Shown piece after piece: positions 1 to 9,473 of a DNA stretch of 57,562 nt (positions within the stretch are counted from its first letter, which is position 1; each line of letters begins with the position of its first letter). The DNA is taken from NCBI GenBank assembly GCA_001775485.1, contig MEWX01000003.1, positions 1 to 57,562 of the forward strand, given 5' to 3'. The notes under the pieces were generated by a model. That model saw only the letters and a list, made by a program, of their open reading frames with translations. It was not told the origin of the DNA and made no database searches. This DNA comes from Candidatus Adlerbacteria bacterium RIFCSPLOWO2_01_FULL_51_16. Lineage in GTDB: Bacteria > Patescibacteriota > Minisyncoccia > Phycocordibacterales > SBAW01. The position numbers and the translations under genes are program-made.

Positions 1-206
1 AGAACTGCCGAAATTATAAATTGTGCCGAGCCGCCAACGCCGGCAGTTGCTAAGTTTTCAAATACTTTAGAAACCCAAACGAGTTGCCCGACAACCCATA
101 GGGACGCAATGAAAATATAAAGTTCGAGAGCTGTATAGCTCACGAGTTTGCGCAGAGTATAAATCAGCGCGACATTTGCCATAACGTTTTGTTCAATTTT
201 TGTCAT
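1..206 (-). CDS. membrane protein, 5' part only (putative anti-sigma partner); runs off window start
   Basis: Not in the ORF track because no stop lies in the window. ATG at 206..204 overlaps the sigma-factor stop (ATGA). My translation MTKIEQNVMANVALIYTLRKLVSYTALELYIFIASLWVVGQLVWVSKVF... is stop-free to position 1 and has one hydrophobic helix. Confidence 0.45.
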   Translation of the reverse strand, partial: MTKIEQNVMANVALIYTLRKLVSYTALELYIFIASLWVVGQLVWVSKVFENLATAGVGGSAQFIISAV

Positions 207-808
207 ATATGGGTTGTAACTGCTTCGTATACTTTTCTAAACTCTTGTTTCGCCCGGTGGACTCTTGTTTTGATGGCACCGACCGATACCCCTTCGCTCT
301 TCGCTATCTCTTCTTGTGTTTTACCTTCAATAAAGAAAGCTGAGAGCGCTTTTGCAAACACCGGTGACATCCGCGAGAGAACCGAGACGACTTCGTCCGT
401 CAATTCCTTCTTTTCAAACTGGCGGAGATTCTTGTCGGGAATCAGCGCCCAGATCTCCTCATCCAATTCCACCACCCGTCCCCCGCGGCGCTTCACCCGC
501 GCATAGTGCGTGAGTGCGGTATTGATAAGAATGCGGTACCCCCAAGAAGAAAAGCTTGCCCCCTCTTGTTTTTTGAACTTCGGACCCGCGAGATAGATTT
601 TGGTAAAGGTCTCCTGCACGATATCTTGTGCCTCTTCTTTCCCCCGGACGATACTCATCGCCTTGCGCATAAAGGCTTCCTCATATTTGCGCACCAAGAG
701 CGCAAAGAGCGATGGGTGCTTGAGAGAAAGCGCGAGGATTTCCTCGTCTGGTTTCTCTTGCCCCGCCTCTGCCAGCGAGAGATACTCCATGGCAACAGAA
801 TATATCAT
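203..808 (-). CDS. RNA polymerase sigma-70 family factor (ECF-like)
   Basis: 201 aa. Region 2-like segment (AQDIVQETFTKIY) and C-terminal region 4 HTH (QEEIAKSEGVSVGAIKTRVHRAK). Confidence 0.85.
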   Translation of the reverse strand: MIYSVAMEYLSLAEAGQEKPDEEILALSLKHPSLFALLVRKYEEAFMRKAMSIVRGKEEAQDIVQETFTKIYLAGPKFKKQEGASFSSWGYRILINTALTHYARVKRRGGRVVELDEEIWALIPDKNLRQFEKKELTDEVVSVLSRMSPVFAKALSAFFIEGKTQEEIAKSEGVSVGAIKTRVHRAKQEFRKVYEAVTTHI

Positions 809-886
809 GCTCCACTAATCTACAACCAACACACTTGTAAAAGGTTTCCGCCTTGCAAAATAAGGGTTTTTAAGTACAATGCTCTG

Positions 887-1456
887 ATGCTTGAATACAA
901 TGAAGTGTTGCCAAAAAAAGTAATTCTCATGGACGGTCAGCCGTACGAGGTCTTGGAGGCACATGTGTCCCGCAAACAGCAGCGCAAACCCGTCAACCAG
1001 GCGAAACTGCGCCACCTCATAACCGGCAAGGTGACCGAGCAGGCTTTCCATGTTTCGGAGAAAATTCAAGAGGCCGACCTCTCACTCAAGTCGGTGAAAT
1101 ATCTATACGAGAATCGCGGCGAATATTGGTTTTGCGCGGCAAACGACCCCGCTGATCGATTTGCTCTCAGCGAAACGACCATCGGCCCCGCAGGACAGTT
1201 TTTGAAGCAAAATACGATTGTCGACGCACAGGTGTTTGATGAAAAAATTATTTCTTTGCGCGTGCCTATCAAAATGGAACTCAAAGTAACTGAGGCGCCG
1301 CCCGCGGTGCGTGGCAATACCGCTCAAGGCGGCACTAAACAAATCACGCTTGAAACGGGTGCTGTTATCAATGCTCCGCTTTTTGTAAACGAAGGCGACA
1401 TCATCCGCGTCAACACAGAGCTCGGCTCCTACGTCGAGCGAGTCGACAAAAAATAA
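887..1456 (+). CDS. efp: elongation factor P
   Basis: Track ORF 506..1456 trimmed to the in-frame ATG at 887 (MLEYNEVLPKKVILMDGQPYEVLEAHV...). The upstream part is antisense to the sigma gene. Typical EF-P length (189 aa) and sequence. Confidence 0.92.
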   Translation: MLEYNEVLPKKVILMDGQPYEVLEAHVSRKQQRKPVNQAKLRHLITGKVTEQAFHVSEKIQEADLSLKSVKYLYENRGEYWFCAANDPADRFALSETTIGPAGQFLKQNTIVDAQVFDEKIISLRVPIKMELKVTEAPPAVRGNTAQGGTKQITLETGAVINAPLFVNEGDIIRVNTELGSYVERVDKK

Positions 1457-1481
1457 GTCCGCCAAAATGCTTCGTAAAAGC

Positions 1482-1565
1482 AACCCTTCAGGAGTGCGAA
1501 AATTCCCTGCTGGTAATTTTCTCAAGTTCTCGCGCCGTCGCGCTCGAAAGCCTCCTTCAGGGTTC
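1482..1565 (+). repeat. structured 3'-flank repeat, copy A (26 nt after efp stop)
   Basis: Closing helix AACCCTTCAGGAG/CTCCTTCAGGGTT. AT-rich hairpin GAAAATT-ccCTGCTggt-AATTTTC. GC hairpin CGCG-ccgt-CGCG. Related copies at 1606..1671(-), 49822..49906(-) and 56380..56447(+). Confidence 0.7.
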
Positions 1566-1605
1566 TTTTACTTCTCGTGAGAAGCGGAGCAAAAACAAGT
1601 TTGAC

Positions 1606-1671
1606 GGAACGTTGAGAGGTGCGACGGCAGGGCAACGGGAAAATTTATCAGCAGAAAATTTTCCGCGTTCC
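1606..1671 (-). repeat. structured 3'-flank repeat, copy A2 (26 nt after rpsR stop, sense to rpsR)
   Basis: Closing helix GGAACG/CGTTCC. Hairpin GGAAAATTT-tCTGCTgat-AAATTTTCC. GCCGTCGC box. More diverged than the other copies. Confidence 0.6.
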
Positions 1672-1696
1672 GGCAAACTTCGTTTTTGCGGAGCGT

Positions 1697-1909
1697 TTAC
1701 CGAACGATGTAAGGCAAGAGAGCCATGAAGCGGGCACGCTTTACGGCTTGAGCAAGTGCGCGCTGGTTTACGGCAGAGAGGCCCGTGCGGCGGCGCGGCA
1801 TGATTTTGCCGTGCGGATTGATGAATTTTTTTAGGGTCTCCGTATCTTTGTAATCAATGGTGCCGATCTGTGCGCCGTACAATTGCGTTTCTGTGCGTGG
1901 TGTTGCCAT
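1697..1909 (-). CDS. rpsR: 30S ribosomal protein S18
   Basis: 70 aa; [27 protein letters not shown]...[10 protein letters not shown] is classic bS18. Confidence 0.93.
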   Translation of the reverse strand: MATPRTETQLYGAQIGTIDYKDTETLKKFINPHGKIMPRRRTGLSAVNQRALAQAVKRARFMALLPYIVR

Positions 1910-1915
1910 AAAAAT

Positions 1916-2368
1916 TTAAAACGGTATGTCGTCAGGGTTAATGTCTTCAACCGGGTAGTCTATCCCCTCGTCTTTGGGCGCTGGCTGATCTTCACTCTTC
2001 TTAGCGCGGCTTCCTCCCGTCGAAGGCGCTCCTGCTCCGCTACCGCGGGGTCCAAACTGCACGCGCTCGGCGATCACCTCCGTGCGATACTGTTTTCCTT
2101 TTTCAGGAGAATCCCAGGTCCGGGTTTGAATGCGGCCTTCAATGTAAGCTGAACTTCCCTTTTTGAGATACTGCGAGACCGTCTCTGCCTGCCGGCCAAA
2201 GACAACTATATTGTGAAATTCCGTTGCTTCCTGCTTGGTGCCATCCTGCTTTTTGAAGACACGGTTGGTCGCCAACCCGAAGGATGCGACCTGCCCGCCC
2301 GAGGGGAGCGAACGCAACTCCGGATCGCGGGTCAAATTGCCGAACAGCATTACTTTGTTGATATACAT
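1916..2368 (-). CDS. ssb: single-stranded DNA-binding protein
   Basis: OB-fold N-terminus (MYINKVMLFGNLTRDPELR), Gly/Pro-rich linker and acidic C-terminal tail ending DDIPF. Sits between rpsF and rpsR. Confidence 0.93.
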   Translation of the reverse strand: MYINKVMLFGNLTRDPELRSLPSGGQVASFGLATNRVFKKQDGTKQEATEFHNIVVFGRQAETVSQYLKKGSSAYIEGRIQTRTWDSPEKGKQYRTEVIAERVQFGPRGSGAGAPSTGGSRAKKSEDQPAPKDEGIDYPVEDINPDDIPF

Positions 2369-2414
2369 GCTAATTTTCTTAGTGAGTAATACGAGCTTTA
2401 GAAATGGGATTATT

Positions 2415-2990
2415 TTATTTCTCCGATACTAATGCCTCAATACTTTTATCAAGTTCCTCGTCAGAGACCTGTCCGCTCTTCTCAAGAGCACCTGGGCGCT
2501 TTTCTATCGTTTTGCCTTCAAGCCGGTCAGAGGAGAAGACTGCGCGGCGCGGAGTTGCAATGATTTCCTCACGCATGGTTTCAACCACAATAAAGCGCAG
2601 TACTTCTTTCATCCCGCGAAGCATCCCCTGGAGGGCTTGAATGTGTTCTGGCTCCGTTGCAAATTTTATCGAGCCGAAGTAAGCGCTTCCGTGTTTCTCT
2701 TTGACACCTCCCGAAACCGGACGTTCAACCGTGTAGGCAAGTGTTATTTTTTGTGGAGCACGTTCAGTAATTATTTCAGCATCATTCTTTTTTATTTCCG
2801 CGCGGATTTTATCAGCAACTGCTCCTACCTCACCTTCTGCAACGGTAGATACGACATGAAAGCCAACTTCGTAGACGGCTCGTTCATCGCTATATGCTTC
2901 GTCCCTCGTCGCTGAAGCTTCTCGGGACTCGCTAACGCTCGCTTGGGATGATCCTTTGGCTGTGGCCTCAGGATGCGACATTTCTGTCAT
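2415..2990 (-). CDS. rpsF: 30S ribosomal protein S6 with N- and C-terminal extensions
   Basis: Core YEVGFHVVS...ITLAYTV... is S6-like. Canonical rpsF-ssb-rpsR order. At 191 aa it is long for S6, so the start is uncertain. Confidence 0.75.
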   Translation of the reverse strand: MTEMSHPEATAKGSSQASVSESREASATRDEAYSDERAVYEVGFHVVSTVAEGEVGAVADKIRAEIKKNDAEIITERAPQKITLAYTVERPVSGGVKEKHGSAYFGSIKFATEPEHIQALQGMLRGMKEVLRFIVVETMREEIIATPRRAVFSSDRLEGKTIEKRPGALEKSGQVSDEELDKSIEALVSEK

Positions 2991-3016
2991 CGCACGATAC
3001 TAGCACGCTCTGTTGG

Positions 3017-3787
3017 TTACCGCAAGCCAAAAACCCGTTGGGAATTAAGGGTTATTTGGGAAGCCGTCTCTTTGGAAGAAATATTTTTAACAGCGGCGAT
3101 TTTTTTGACTACTTCTGCGACATAGCTTGGCTCGTTGCGTTTGCCGCGGTAGGGAGTAGGGGCTGCAAATGGAGCGTCTGTTTCTGCCAAAATTTTATCC
3201 ATGGGTGTGATACGGATTGAATCGTCATACATATCGGTATAGGTGATAGGCCCGGGGAACGAGAGGTAACATCCTAAATCCAAATACTTCTGCGCAACTT
3301 CAGCGGTCGCGGTAAAAAAATGCATCACGACCGGCACTTCTATTCTAGTATTTTGCAAAATACTAGAACAATCATCGTGTGCATTGCGACAATGGATGAT
3401 GAGGGCTTTCTTAAGCCGTTCGGCAAGTGCTATTTGTTTTTCAAACCGCTCTTTTTGTATTTGCTTCTCTTCATCTGTGCCACCACTTCTAAAATAATCT
3501 AACCCACACTCCCCTACTGCAACAACTTTAGGATTTTTCGCTAAATCTTCAAATGCTTTTTCATCAAAGAGTTCTCCTTTGTTGTCATTTGGGTGTAGCC
3601 CAACACTCGCCCACAAAAAGTCATACTTTTCAGCAAGTTCTACCCCCGCCTTGCTTGTTGCAAGGTCGGTCCCTACCACAATCGCTCCCATTTGTAGCTC
3701 CTGCATACGCGCGAGTACCTTCGCAAAGTCATCCTTGTATTGCGGAAATTGCACATGGCAGTGCGAATCAAACAACGTAAGCATCAT
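3017..3787 (-). CDS. tatD: TatD-family metal-dependent hydrolase/DNase
   Basis: N-terminal DSHCH motif, GECGLDY, ETDAPF. 4-nt overlap with the metG stop. Confidence 0.88.
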   Translation of the reverse strand: MMLTLFDSHCHVQFPQYKDDFAKVLARMQELQMGAIVVGTDLATSKAGVELAEKYDFLWASVGLHPNDNKGELFDEKAFEDLAKNPKVVAVGECGLDYFRSGGTDEEKQIQKERFEKQIALAERLKKALIIHCRNAHDDCSSILQNTRIEVPVVMHFFTATAEVAQKYLDLGCYLSFPGPITYTDMYDDSIRITPMDKILAETDAPFAAPTPYRGKRNEPSYVAEVVKKIAAVKNISSKETASQITLNSQRVFGLR

Positions 3788-5211
3788 TCTTTGCGGGGGA
3801 AGAGATTTTCGGGTTTTTTGTTTGCTATGATCGCTTCAATTATTTTTTTACTTGTCCCTGGGAGTATCGGCTCAAGCAGCAAATCTACTGCCGCAAGCTC
3901 TCGCACTAAATCCGAAATAAGCGATTTCCCTTTCTCCGGATCGGTTTTTATCAGTTTGAACGGTTCCGTCTCTGTAATCTTTTTATCAAGTTCCCCAATA
4001 CGCCCCCACACATAATCTGTTGCACGATTTACCTCGAATTTTTCAAGAGCGTCGGTAAATTCTTTCGGATACGGGACAAATTCCACTTTCACCGGCCCAG
4101 GCAAATGTGTTTGTGCCAGTGTCATGACGCGTGAGGCAAGGTTGCCAAGCCCGTTTGCTAAGTCGCCGTTGTAGATACTCTTAAACCCCTCGTGCGTGAT
4201 ATCGCCATCTTCAAATGGCGAAACATGTCGCGCTAAGTAGTAGCGCACCGCATCCGTACCATACTCTTGAAGTAACTCAGTTGGGTCGATGACATTGCCA
4301 AGCGTTTTGGACATCTTTTTGCCGCCGGAGGTGATAAACCCATGCACAAAAAGGGTTTTGGGGAGCGGGAGTCCAGCGGAAAGGAGCATCCCCGGCCAAA
4401 TAGCAGCGTGGAAGCGTAAAATGTCTTTACCGATCACATGCACATCCGCCGGCCAAAATTCGGCAAACAGTTTTTCATCCCGACCGTAGCCGAGTGCCGT
4501 AATATAGTTTGAAAGCGCGTCGCACCACACGTACATCACCTGAGAATCATCGTCGGGTACCGGGATGCCTATTGAACTGGCCGTTTTTGGTCTTGAAAAA
4601 CTCACGTCCTGCAAACCCTCTTCGAGCAACGAGAGGATCTCATTTTTGCGGGTTTCGGGGATGACACGAAGTTCTCCGAACTCGATTCGTTTTTTGATTT
4701 CGCTCGTATATTTTGAAAGGCGGAAAAAATAATTTTCTTCTTTTATACGCTCGGGGCTCGTGCCGTGCTCCGGGCATTTGCCATTTATCAATTCTTTCGA
4801 AGTCAAAAACGCTTCGTGCCCCACACAGTAGAGCCCTTCGTACTCTTTTTTGTATATATCTCCTGCCTCCGCAAGCTTTTGCCATAATTTCTGCGCACCC
4901 GGCCAGTGTACTTCCTTGTCGGAAGTCCGGATAAATTGATTATATGAAATATTTAGATCGGCAAAAAGCTTCTTAAAGCCCTCAACCCGAGCATCAAGAA
5001 ATTTCTGAGGGGGTTTCCCCGCTTCGCGAGCCGCTATAACTATTTTTTGGGTATTCTCATCCGCCCCGGTCAAGAAATACACCCTTTCTTTCTGAAGCCG
5101 GTGATAACGGACAACAATATCCGACAGAACCGTCGTGTACGCGTGCCCCAGATGCAAATTAGCATTGGGGTAGAAGATGGGGGTGGTGAGAAAGAATTTT
5201 TTTTCCGCCAT
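3784..5211 (-). CDS. metG: methionine--tRNA ligase (core only, no C-terminal tRNA-binding domain)
   Basis: HIGH-type motif (NANLHLGHAYT) and KMSKTLGNVIDP. I prefer the ATG at 5211 (MAEKKFFLTTPIFY) because the track start at 5283 overlaps the upstream gene. Confidence 0.9.
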   Translation of the reverse strand: MAEKKFFLTTPIFYPNANLHLGHAYTTVLSDIVVRYHRLQKERVYFLTGADENTQKIVIAAREAGKPPQKFLDARVEGFKKLFADLNISYNQFIRTSDKEVHWPGAQKLWQKLAEAGDIYKKEYEGLYCVGHEAFLTSKELINGKCPEHGTSPERIKEENYFFRLSKYTSEIKKRIEFGELRVIPETRKNEILSLLEEGLQDVSFSRPKTASSIGIPVPDDDSQVMYVWCDALSNYITALGYGRDEKLFAEFWPADVHVIGKDILRFHAAIWPGMLLSAGLPLPKTLFVHGFITSGGKKMSKTLGNVIDPTELLQEYGTDAVRYYLARHVSPFEDGDITHEGFKSIYNGDLANGLGNLASRVMTLAQTHLPGPVKVEFVPYPKEFTDALEKFEVNRATDYVWGRIGELDKKITETEPFKLIKTDPEKGKSLISDLVRELAAVDLLLEPILPGTSKKIIEAIIANKKPENLFPRKE

Positions 5212-5221
5212 TGCGTCTACG

Positions 5222-6280
5222 CTACGCGGCTTCTTCGCCTTCGGCAAGCGCTTTGGATTTTCTCCGCTCAATATCCGCGACAAACTCTTGAACTGCTCCG
5301 GCTATAGGAACCGAAAGCAAAACTCCGAGGAACCCCGCAAGCTTATAACCAATAATGAGAGCAAGGATAACCAAAAGTGGTGGAACTCCAACAACTTTTT
5401 TGACAACAACTGGATATATGAGGTGCGCCTCAAACTGCTGGACGACAACATAGAGTCCCACGACCAGAAACGACAGCGGTAGTCCTCCGGCAACAAACGC
5501 GACCGCGATTGCCGGTATCGCCGCAAGAAACTGTCCAAACACGGGGATAAGTTCAAATATCGCGGCTAAAACCGCCAAAACGAGCGCGTACGGCACGCCA
5601 AGAACCGATAGGCCGAGGTAGAGCAGGACCCCGACAATAACCGCGAGCACTAATTGCCCCTGCATCCATTTGCCGATTTTTGTTTGGGAGCGCTTCCAAA
5701 GGTTGAGTACGTAGGCCTGGTGAGCCGTTGGGGTTACGATGCGCAAAAAATCATCCACTCCCGTCTCTTGTACGGAAAAGTAAAACGCAAACACCACAAT
5801 GAGTATGAACGAAGCTACGCCGCCGAAGAAGGCGGTGAGTGTTGTAAAGACACCTCCCGTTGAGTCAGCAAGTGTCGCTGAAATATCGCGCAAAAGGTCG
5901 GCCGAAGAAATGAAGGAGCCGACATTCCCCCACGACAAGAATCCGCCTGTTGTATCAGAAAGATTGAGCGAGGAGAGAGTCTCAGGAAGTTGCTGGAGAA
6001 AACTTGCTGCATCATCAAGAACTGGCGGAATGAAGAAAAAGAGAACGCTAAAGAACACCAGCGCTATAAAGAGATACATGAGAATGACCGCGAGCACCCG
6101 CGCGATCCCGTAACGCATCATAAAATGCGTCGCGGGCTCCATCGCTGAGGCGATAACGATTGCGGTCAATACAATGAGCACGATGTCGCGCAAGAACCAC
6201 AAAACCGCGATAAGTAACGCAAAAAGAATCGCGTTGATGATGCTTCCTAAGGAGATAGAAACCGAGACGTCTTTCATCAC
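5222..6280 (-). CDS. AI-2E family (PerM/UPF0118) transporter
   Basis: 352 aa polytopic membrane protein with the typical AI-2E layout and a C-terminal charged tail. Confidence 0.75.
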   Translation of the reverse strand: MMKDVSVSISLGSIINAILFALLIAVLWFLRDIVLIVLTAIVIASAMEPATHFMMRYGIARVLAVILMYLFIALVFFSVLFFFIPPVLDDAASFLQQLPETLSSLNLSDTTGGFLSWGNVGSFISSADLLRDISATLADSTGGVFTTLTAFFGGVASFILIVVFAFYFSVQETGVDDFLRIVTPTAHQAYVLNLWKRSQTKIGKWMQGQLVLAVIVGVLLYLGLSVLGVPYALVLAVLAAIFELIPVFGQFLAAIPAIAVAFVAGGLPLSFLVVGLYVVVQQFEAHLIYPVVVKKVVGVPPLLVILALIIGYKLAGFLGVLLSVPIAGAVQEFVADIERRKSKALAEGEEAA

Positions 6281-6284
6281 TTCC

Positions 6285-7517
6285 CTATACTATCACCGAA
6301 AGCTTTTTAAGAATAAGGGAGGAAAGTTCTACCGTTGGCATCCGCTGTTGTTCGCCGGTATCCCTGTCTCGCACCGTCACAGTGTCGTCAGTAAGCGTGT
6401 CGAAGTCAATGGTGATGCACCACGGGGTGCCTATTTCGTCCTGCCGGCGGTAGCGCTTGCCGATATTGCCGTTATCGTCCCAAACAATCTGCGGAATTTC
6501 TTTTTTAAGAGCCGCATACACCTCGCGCGCCTTCCCAACAAGCTCCGGCTTGTTTTTAAGAAGCGGAAACACCGCTGCCTTGACCGGCGCTATGGCCGGT
6601 TTGAGTTTTAAATAGGTGCGCTTCTCTCCCCCGAGTTCGTCTTCGGTGTGTGCACTTATGAGCACCGCGAGTACGGTGCGGTCGACCCCAAACGACGGCT
6701 CTATCACATGCGGAGTGAATTTTTCGTTTGTTTCGGGATCTTGATATTTCAATTCCACCGTTGAAGCTCGCTCGTGTGCGGAGAGATCAAAGTCAGTGCG
6801 GTATGCCAAGCCATACAATTCTTTACGACCGAAGGGAAAGTCAAATTCAAAATCAATAGTGCGTTTGGAGTAATGGGCGCGCTCGCTATCCGGCACTTCA
6901 AGTTCGTGTACGGACTTTTTTGTAATACCCACTGCATCATTAAACCGACAAACCTCTGTGCGCCACTCTTCAAAACTTTTCTCCCACTCACTATCACGGA
7001 TAAAATACTCGATTTCCATCTGTTCAAATTCGCGCGTACGAAAAACAAAATCCCGGGGAGCAATTTCATTTCGAAATGCTTTACCAATCTGCCCAACACC
7101 AAAAGGTAATTTGGGATGGAAAGAATCAACGATATTTTTAAAATTCACAAAAATACCGCCCGCCGTTTCCGGCCGGAGATAGCTCTTTGTGGCCTCTTCT
7201 CCCGTGCCAACCTTCGTTTCAAACATTAAATTAAAGCGGGTGTTGCCAAGCGGATCGGAGAATCCAGAAACATGACCACTTGCTTCCCACACTTTTGGGT
7301 GCATCAAAATTGCTGCATCAATGCCATACATGTCGTCGCGCCCATCGACAAACATCCTCCACCACAAGTTTTTTATGTTGTTTTTAAGTGCAACACCAAG
7401 CGGACCGTAGTCCCAGGTGCCCGCAAGTCCGCCATAAATTTCTGACCCTTGGTAGATAAAACCACGCCGCTTACACAACGACACGATTTTCTCCATCAAA
7501 TCATTTTTGTCTTCCAT
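6285..7517 (-). CDS. glyQS: glycine--tRNA ligase (single-chain class II)
   Basis: N-terminus IVSLCKRRGFIYQGSEIYGGLAGTWDYGPLG is diagnostic of GlyQS. C-terminal anticodon-binding region present. Confidence 0.92.
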   Translation of the reverse strand: MEDKNDLMEKIVSLCKRRGFIYQGSEIYGGLAGTWDYGPLGVALKNNIKNLWWRMFVDGRDDMYGIDAAILMHPKVWEASGHVSGFSDPLGNTRFNLMFETKVGTGEEATKSYLRPETAGGIFVNFKNIVDSFHPKLPFGVGQIGKAFRNEIAPRDFVFRTREFEQMEIEYFIRDSEWEKSFEEWRTEVCRFNDAVGITKKSVHELEVPDSERAHYSKRTIDFEFDFPFGRKELYGLAYRTDFDLSAHERASTVELKYQDPETNEKFTPHVIEPSFGVDRTVLAVLISAHTEDELGGEKRTYLKLKPAIAPVKAAVFPLLKNKPELVGKAREVYAALKKEIPQIVWDDNGNIGKRYRRQDEIGTPWCITIDFDTLTDDTVTVRDRDTGEQQRMPTVELSSLILKKLSVIV

Positions 7518-7518
7518 A

Positions 7519-9465
7519 CTATTTGTTGACCACCTCCGCCATGCTCGAATTGTAGCCCGGATCGCCGCTCAACTCCGTTGTCGGAGCTTCCGCGCGCGCC
7601 TCAACAGGGATCTGGGCGAAGCGATCTTGCCCGGTAAGAAGCGCCGAGCCCGTAAGCGCAGGTGATTCTCCGATTTGAGACGTAGACGGAGTGAGTATTA
7701 CCTGAAACGATCCGGTTCTTGCGGCTCCCGAGTATCCCACTCCGGCCGCCACATCCCCCAGAGACCACCGCACCGTGCGACTCGCTTCATCATACGTGAT
7801 GCCAGAGCCAGGTATTGCCGCAGTAAATGTTACATACGGCGGCAAGATGGCTGATACGCTTGCGTTGGCAACTGCGTTTGAAGAATTTTTCACCACCCAT
7901 TGAATAGTGTACCCAGTTTGGCTTTCTGCCCGAGGCGGCATAGGGCCCCCGTTTGTAAATGGCCCGGAGAAGTGAAACGCGTTTGCCTCAAGTGAGATAT
8001 CGGAAGCAAGTGTTACTTGGGTTGAGGCGGCAGAAGCCACTGCTTGCGGGACTTCCCCCTCACTTTGCCGGGTACCTTTTATTTTGAGGTCCAGGTTGAC
8101 GGTCGGGTTGGTGTAAAGAGTCCCGCCGCTTCCCGGGGGAAGTGTCGCGAAAGAAAAGAAGAGCGTTCCTCCTCCACCCGGAGCGACTTGCGCAAGCGAA
8201 GGATCCTGGGCCTTTGTCCAAATGATAGAGCGGTCTTTGGATTGATAGAAACCACTCTGCGCTGAGATCGAGGTCGGGTCAAGCGGCGCCCCATCGAAAG
8301 AAAGCACTAATTCGATGTCAGAAACAGCCTCGGGGAGATTATTCTGCCAGACAACAGTACCTTGCAGAGTTTTCCCGGCCGGAACAGAAATATTCTTCGA
8401 CGTTTTCCCATCAACGGAGATAGAACCCGCAATGAATGGTTTTTTGACGGAGAGTGTTACTGGTTGGGTTAAAAAGGGTACCCGAATGCGGGTGTTGGTT
8501 TCGTCTGGATCCGCACCGACCAAAAACCGCAGTACACGCTCATCCCCCGCTGAAGCATCGACAGTGCCGCTTATACGTATTGTTTTTTTGCTTCCCGGTG
8601 CCATGGTGCCAAGCCGCCACAAAAGTCCGCCAACATCGGCTTTCGGCTCCGAGCTTATGAACGTAAACCCGAAGGGATACTGCCCCTCTACAGCTACATG
8701 TTCAACCGGTGTGGGAGCATTTGATTGAACAACTATTACTATCGAAAAGAGCTCGCCCGCTATCGCCTCACTCGGCGCCTCGACAGAGAGCGAAACCGGC
8801 GAGGAGCCAACCAAGAACGAAACCTCGCTGTCTTTAACAAATATAGCGTTGGAGCCGGAAACTGTATATTCGAGTGTTACGCGTATTTTTTGCTGACTAC
8901 CTTCAGCTCCAAAGAAAACTGCCGAGGCGGTTTGTTTTTGTTGCTCTCCGCTCTCTATAGCTCCGATAGATATCCGTTCATGGCTAAGAGCCCTCGTTGT
9001 GTCTTTTGGATCACGCGTGCCTTCCGGATAATCGATGACGAGGTCTGCGAGACGCAAGGAGGTCCTGTTGCGGTTGCTAATAATAAATTGAAGTTGTGTT
9101 TCCTTGCCACCATCAATAAGAGAAGGCGCGATGATTTCCAAATCAATATTGCGCGAGGAAACAATGTTACCGCCGCCAAAAAACATATAGGCCGCCGCTG
9201 CGGTCGCCATCACAAAAAAAAGTAGGGAGCCCAAAAGAAACTTTGTCGCAAACGATATGCGCACGCGCTTAGGCAAGACAAGCGGAGGGTGCGGTGGTTG
9301 AGGTCTCTCTTCGGGTTCCTGCGGAGCCCAAGAAACAGGGGTCTCTGAGGTTGTAATGGAAAGCGGAGTACGATCTTGCGTGGGTTTCTTCTCCTTATCG
9401 CGTGCGTAGAGGCGGCCTTTCAGCCGCTCTACGGAGCTTTTTTCTTCTCGCGCCATAATGCACAA
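7519..9465 (-). CDS. large membrane-anchored extracytoplasmic protein, function unknown
   Basis: 648 aa. Charged, Pro-rich N-terminus, a single TM (FLLGSLLFFVMATAAAAYMFF), then a long beta-rich Ser/Thr/Gly-rich region. Start could be the ATG at 9456. Confidence 0.6.
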   Translation of the reverse strand: MCIMAREEKSSVERLKGRLYARDKEKKPTQDRTPLSITTSETPVSWAPQEPEERPQPPHPPLVLPKRVRISFATKFLLGSLLFFVMATAAAAYMFFGGGNIVSSRNIDLEIIAPSLIDGGKETQLQFIISNRNRTSLRLADLVIDYPEGTRDPKDTTRALSHERISIGAIESGEQQKQTASAVFFGAEGSQQKIRVTLEYTVSGSNAIFVKDSEVSFLVGSSPVSLSVEAPSEAIAGELFSIVIVVQSNAPTPVEHVAVEGQYPFGFTFISSEPKADVGGLLWRLGTMAPGSKKTIRISGTVDASAGDERVLRFLVGADPDETNTRIRVPFLTQPVTLSVKKPFIAGSISVDGKTSKNISVPAGKTLQGTVVWQNNLPEAVSDIELVLSFDGAPLDPTSISAQSGFYQSKDRSIIWTKAQDPSLAQVAPGGGGTLFFSFATLPPGSGGTLYTNPTVNLDLKIKGTRQSEGEVPQAVASAASTQVTLASDISLEANAFHFSGPFTNGGPMPPRAESQTGYTIQWVVKNSSNAVANASVSAILPPYVTFTAAIPGSGITYDEASRTVRWSLGDVAAGVGYSGAARTGSFQVILTPSTSQIGESPALTGSALLTGQDRFAQIPVEARAEAPTTELSGDPGYNSSMAEVVNK

Positions 9466-9473
9466 GTATACCG

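Noticed and set aside
506-886. N-terminal 127 codons of the track ORF 506..1456 (efp). The same issue affects 19733..19864 (folA), 40634..41407 (rluA-like), 52709..52789 (pilB) and 5212..5283 (metG)
   Set aside because: The extensions overlap neighbouring genes or their antisense strand. The conserved protein begins at an internal ATG in each case.
1482-1565. Hammerhead (type III) ribozyme as the identity of the three-way-junction repeat family
   Set aside because: A GAAA lies between P3 and P1 in copy A. However, the P2-P3 junction reads CUCAAGU, CUCAAUU or CUCAGUC in place of the invariant CUGANGA. The GAAA is not conserved in copies B and C either.
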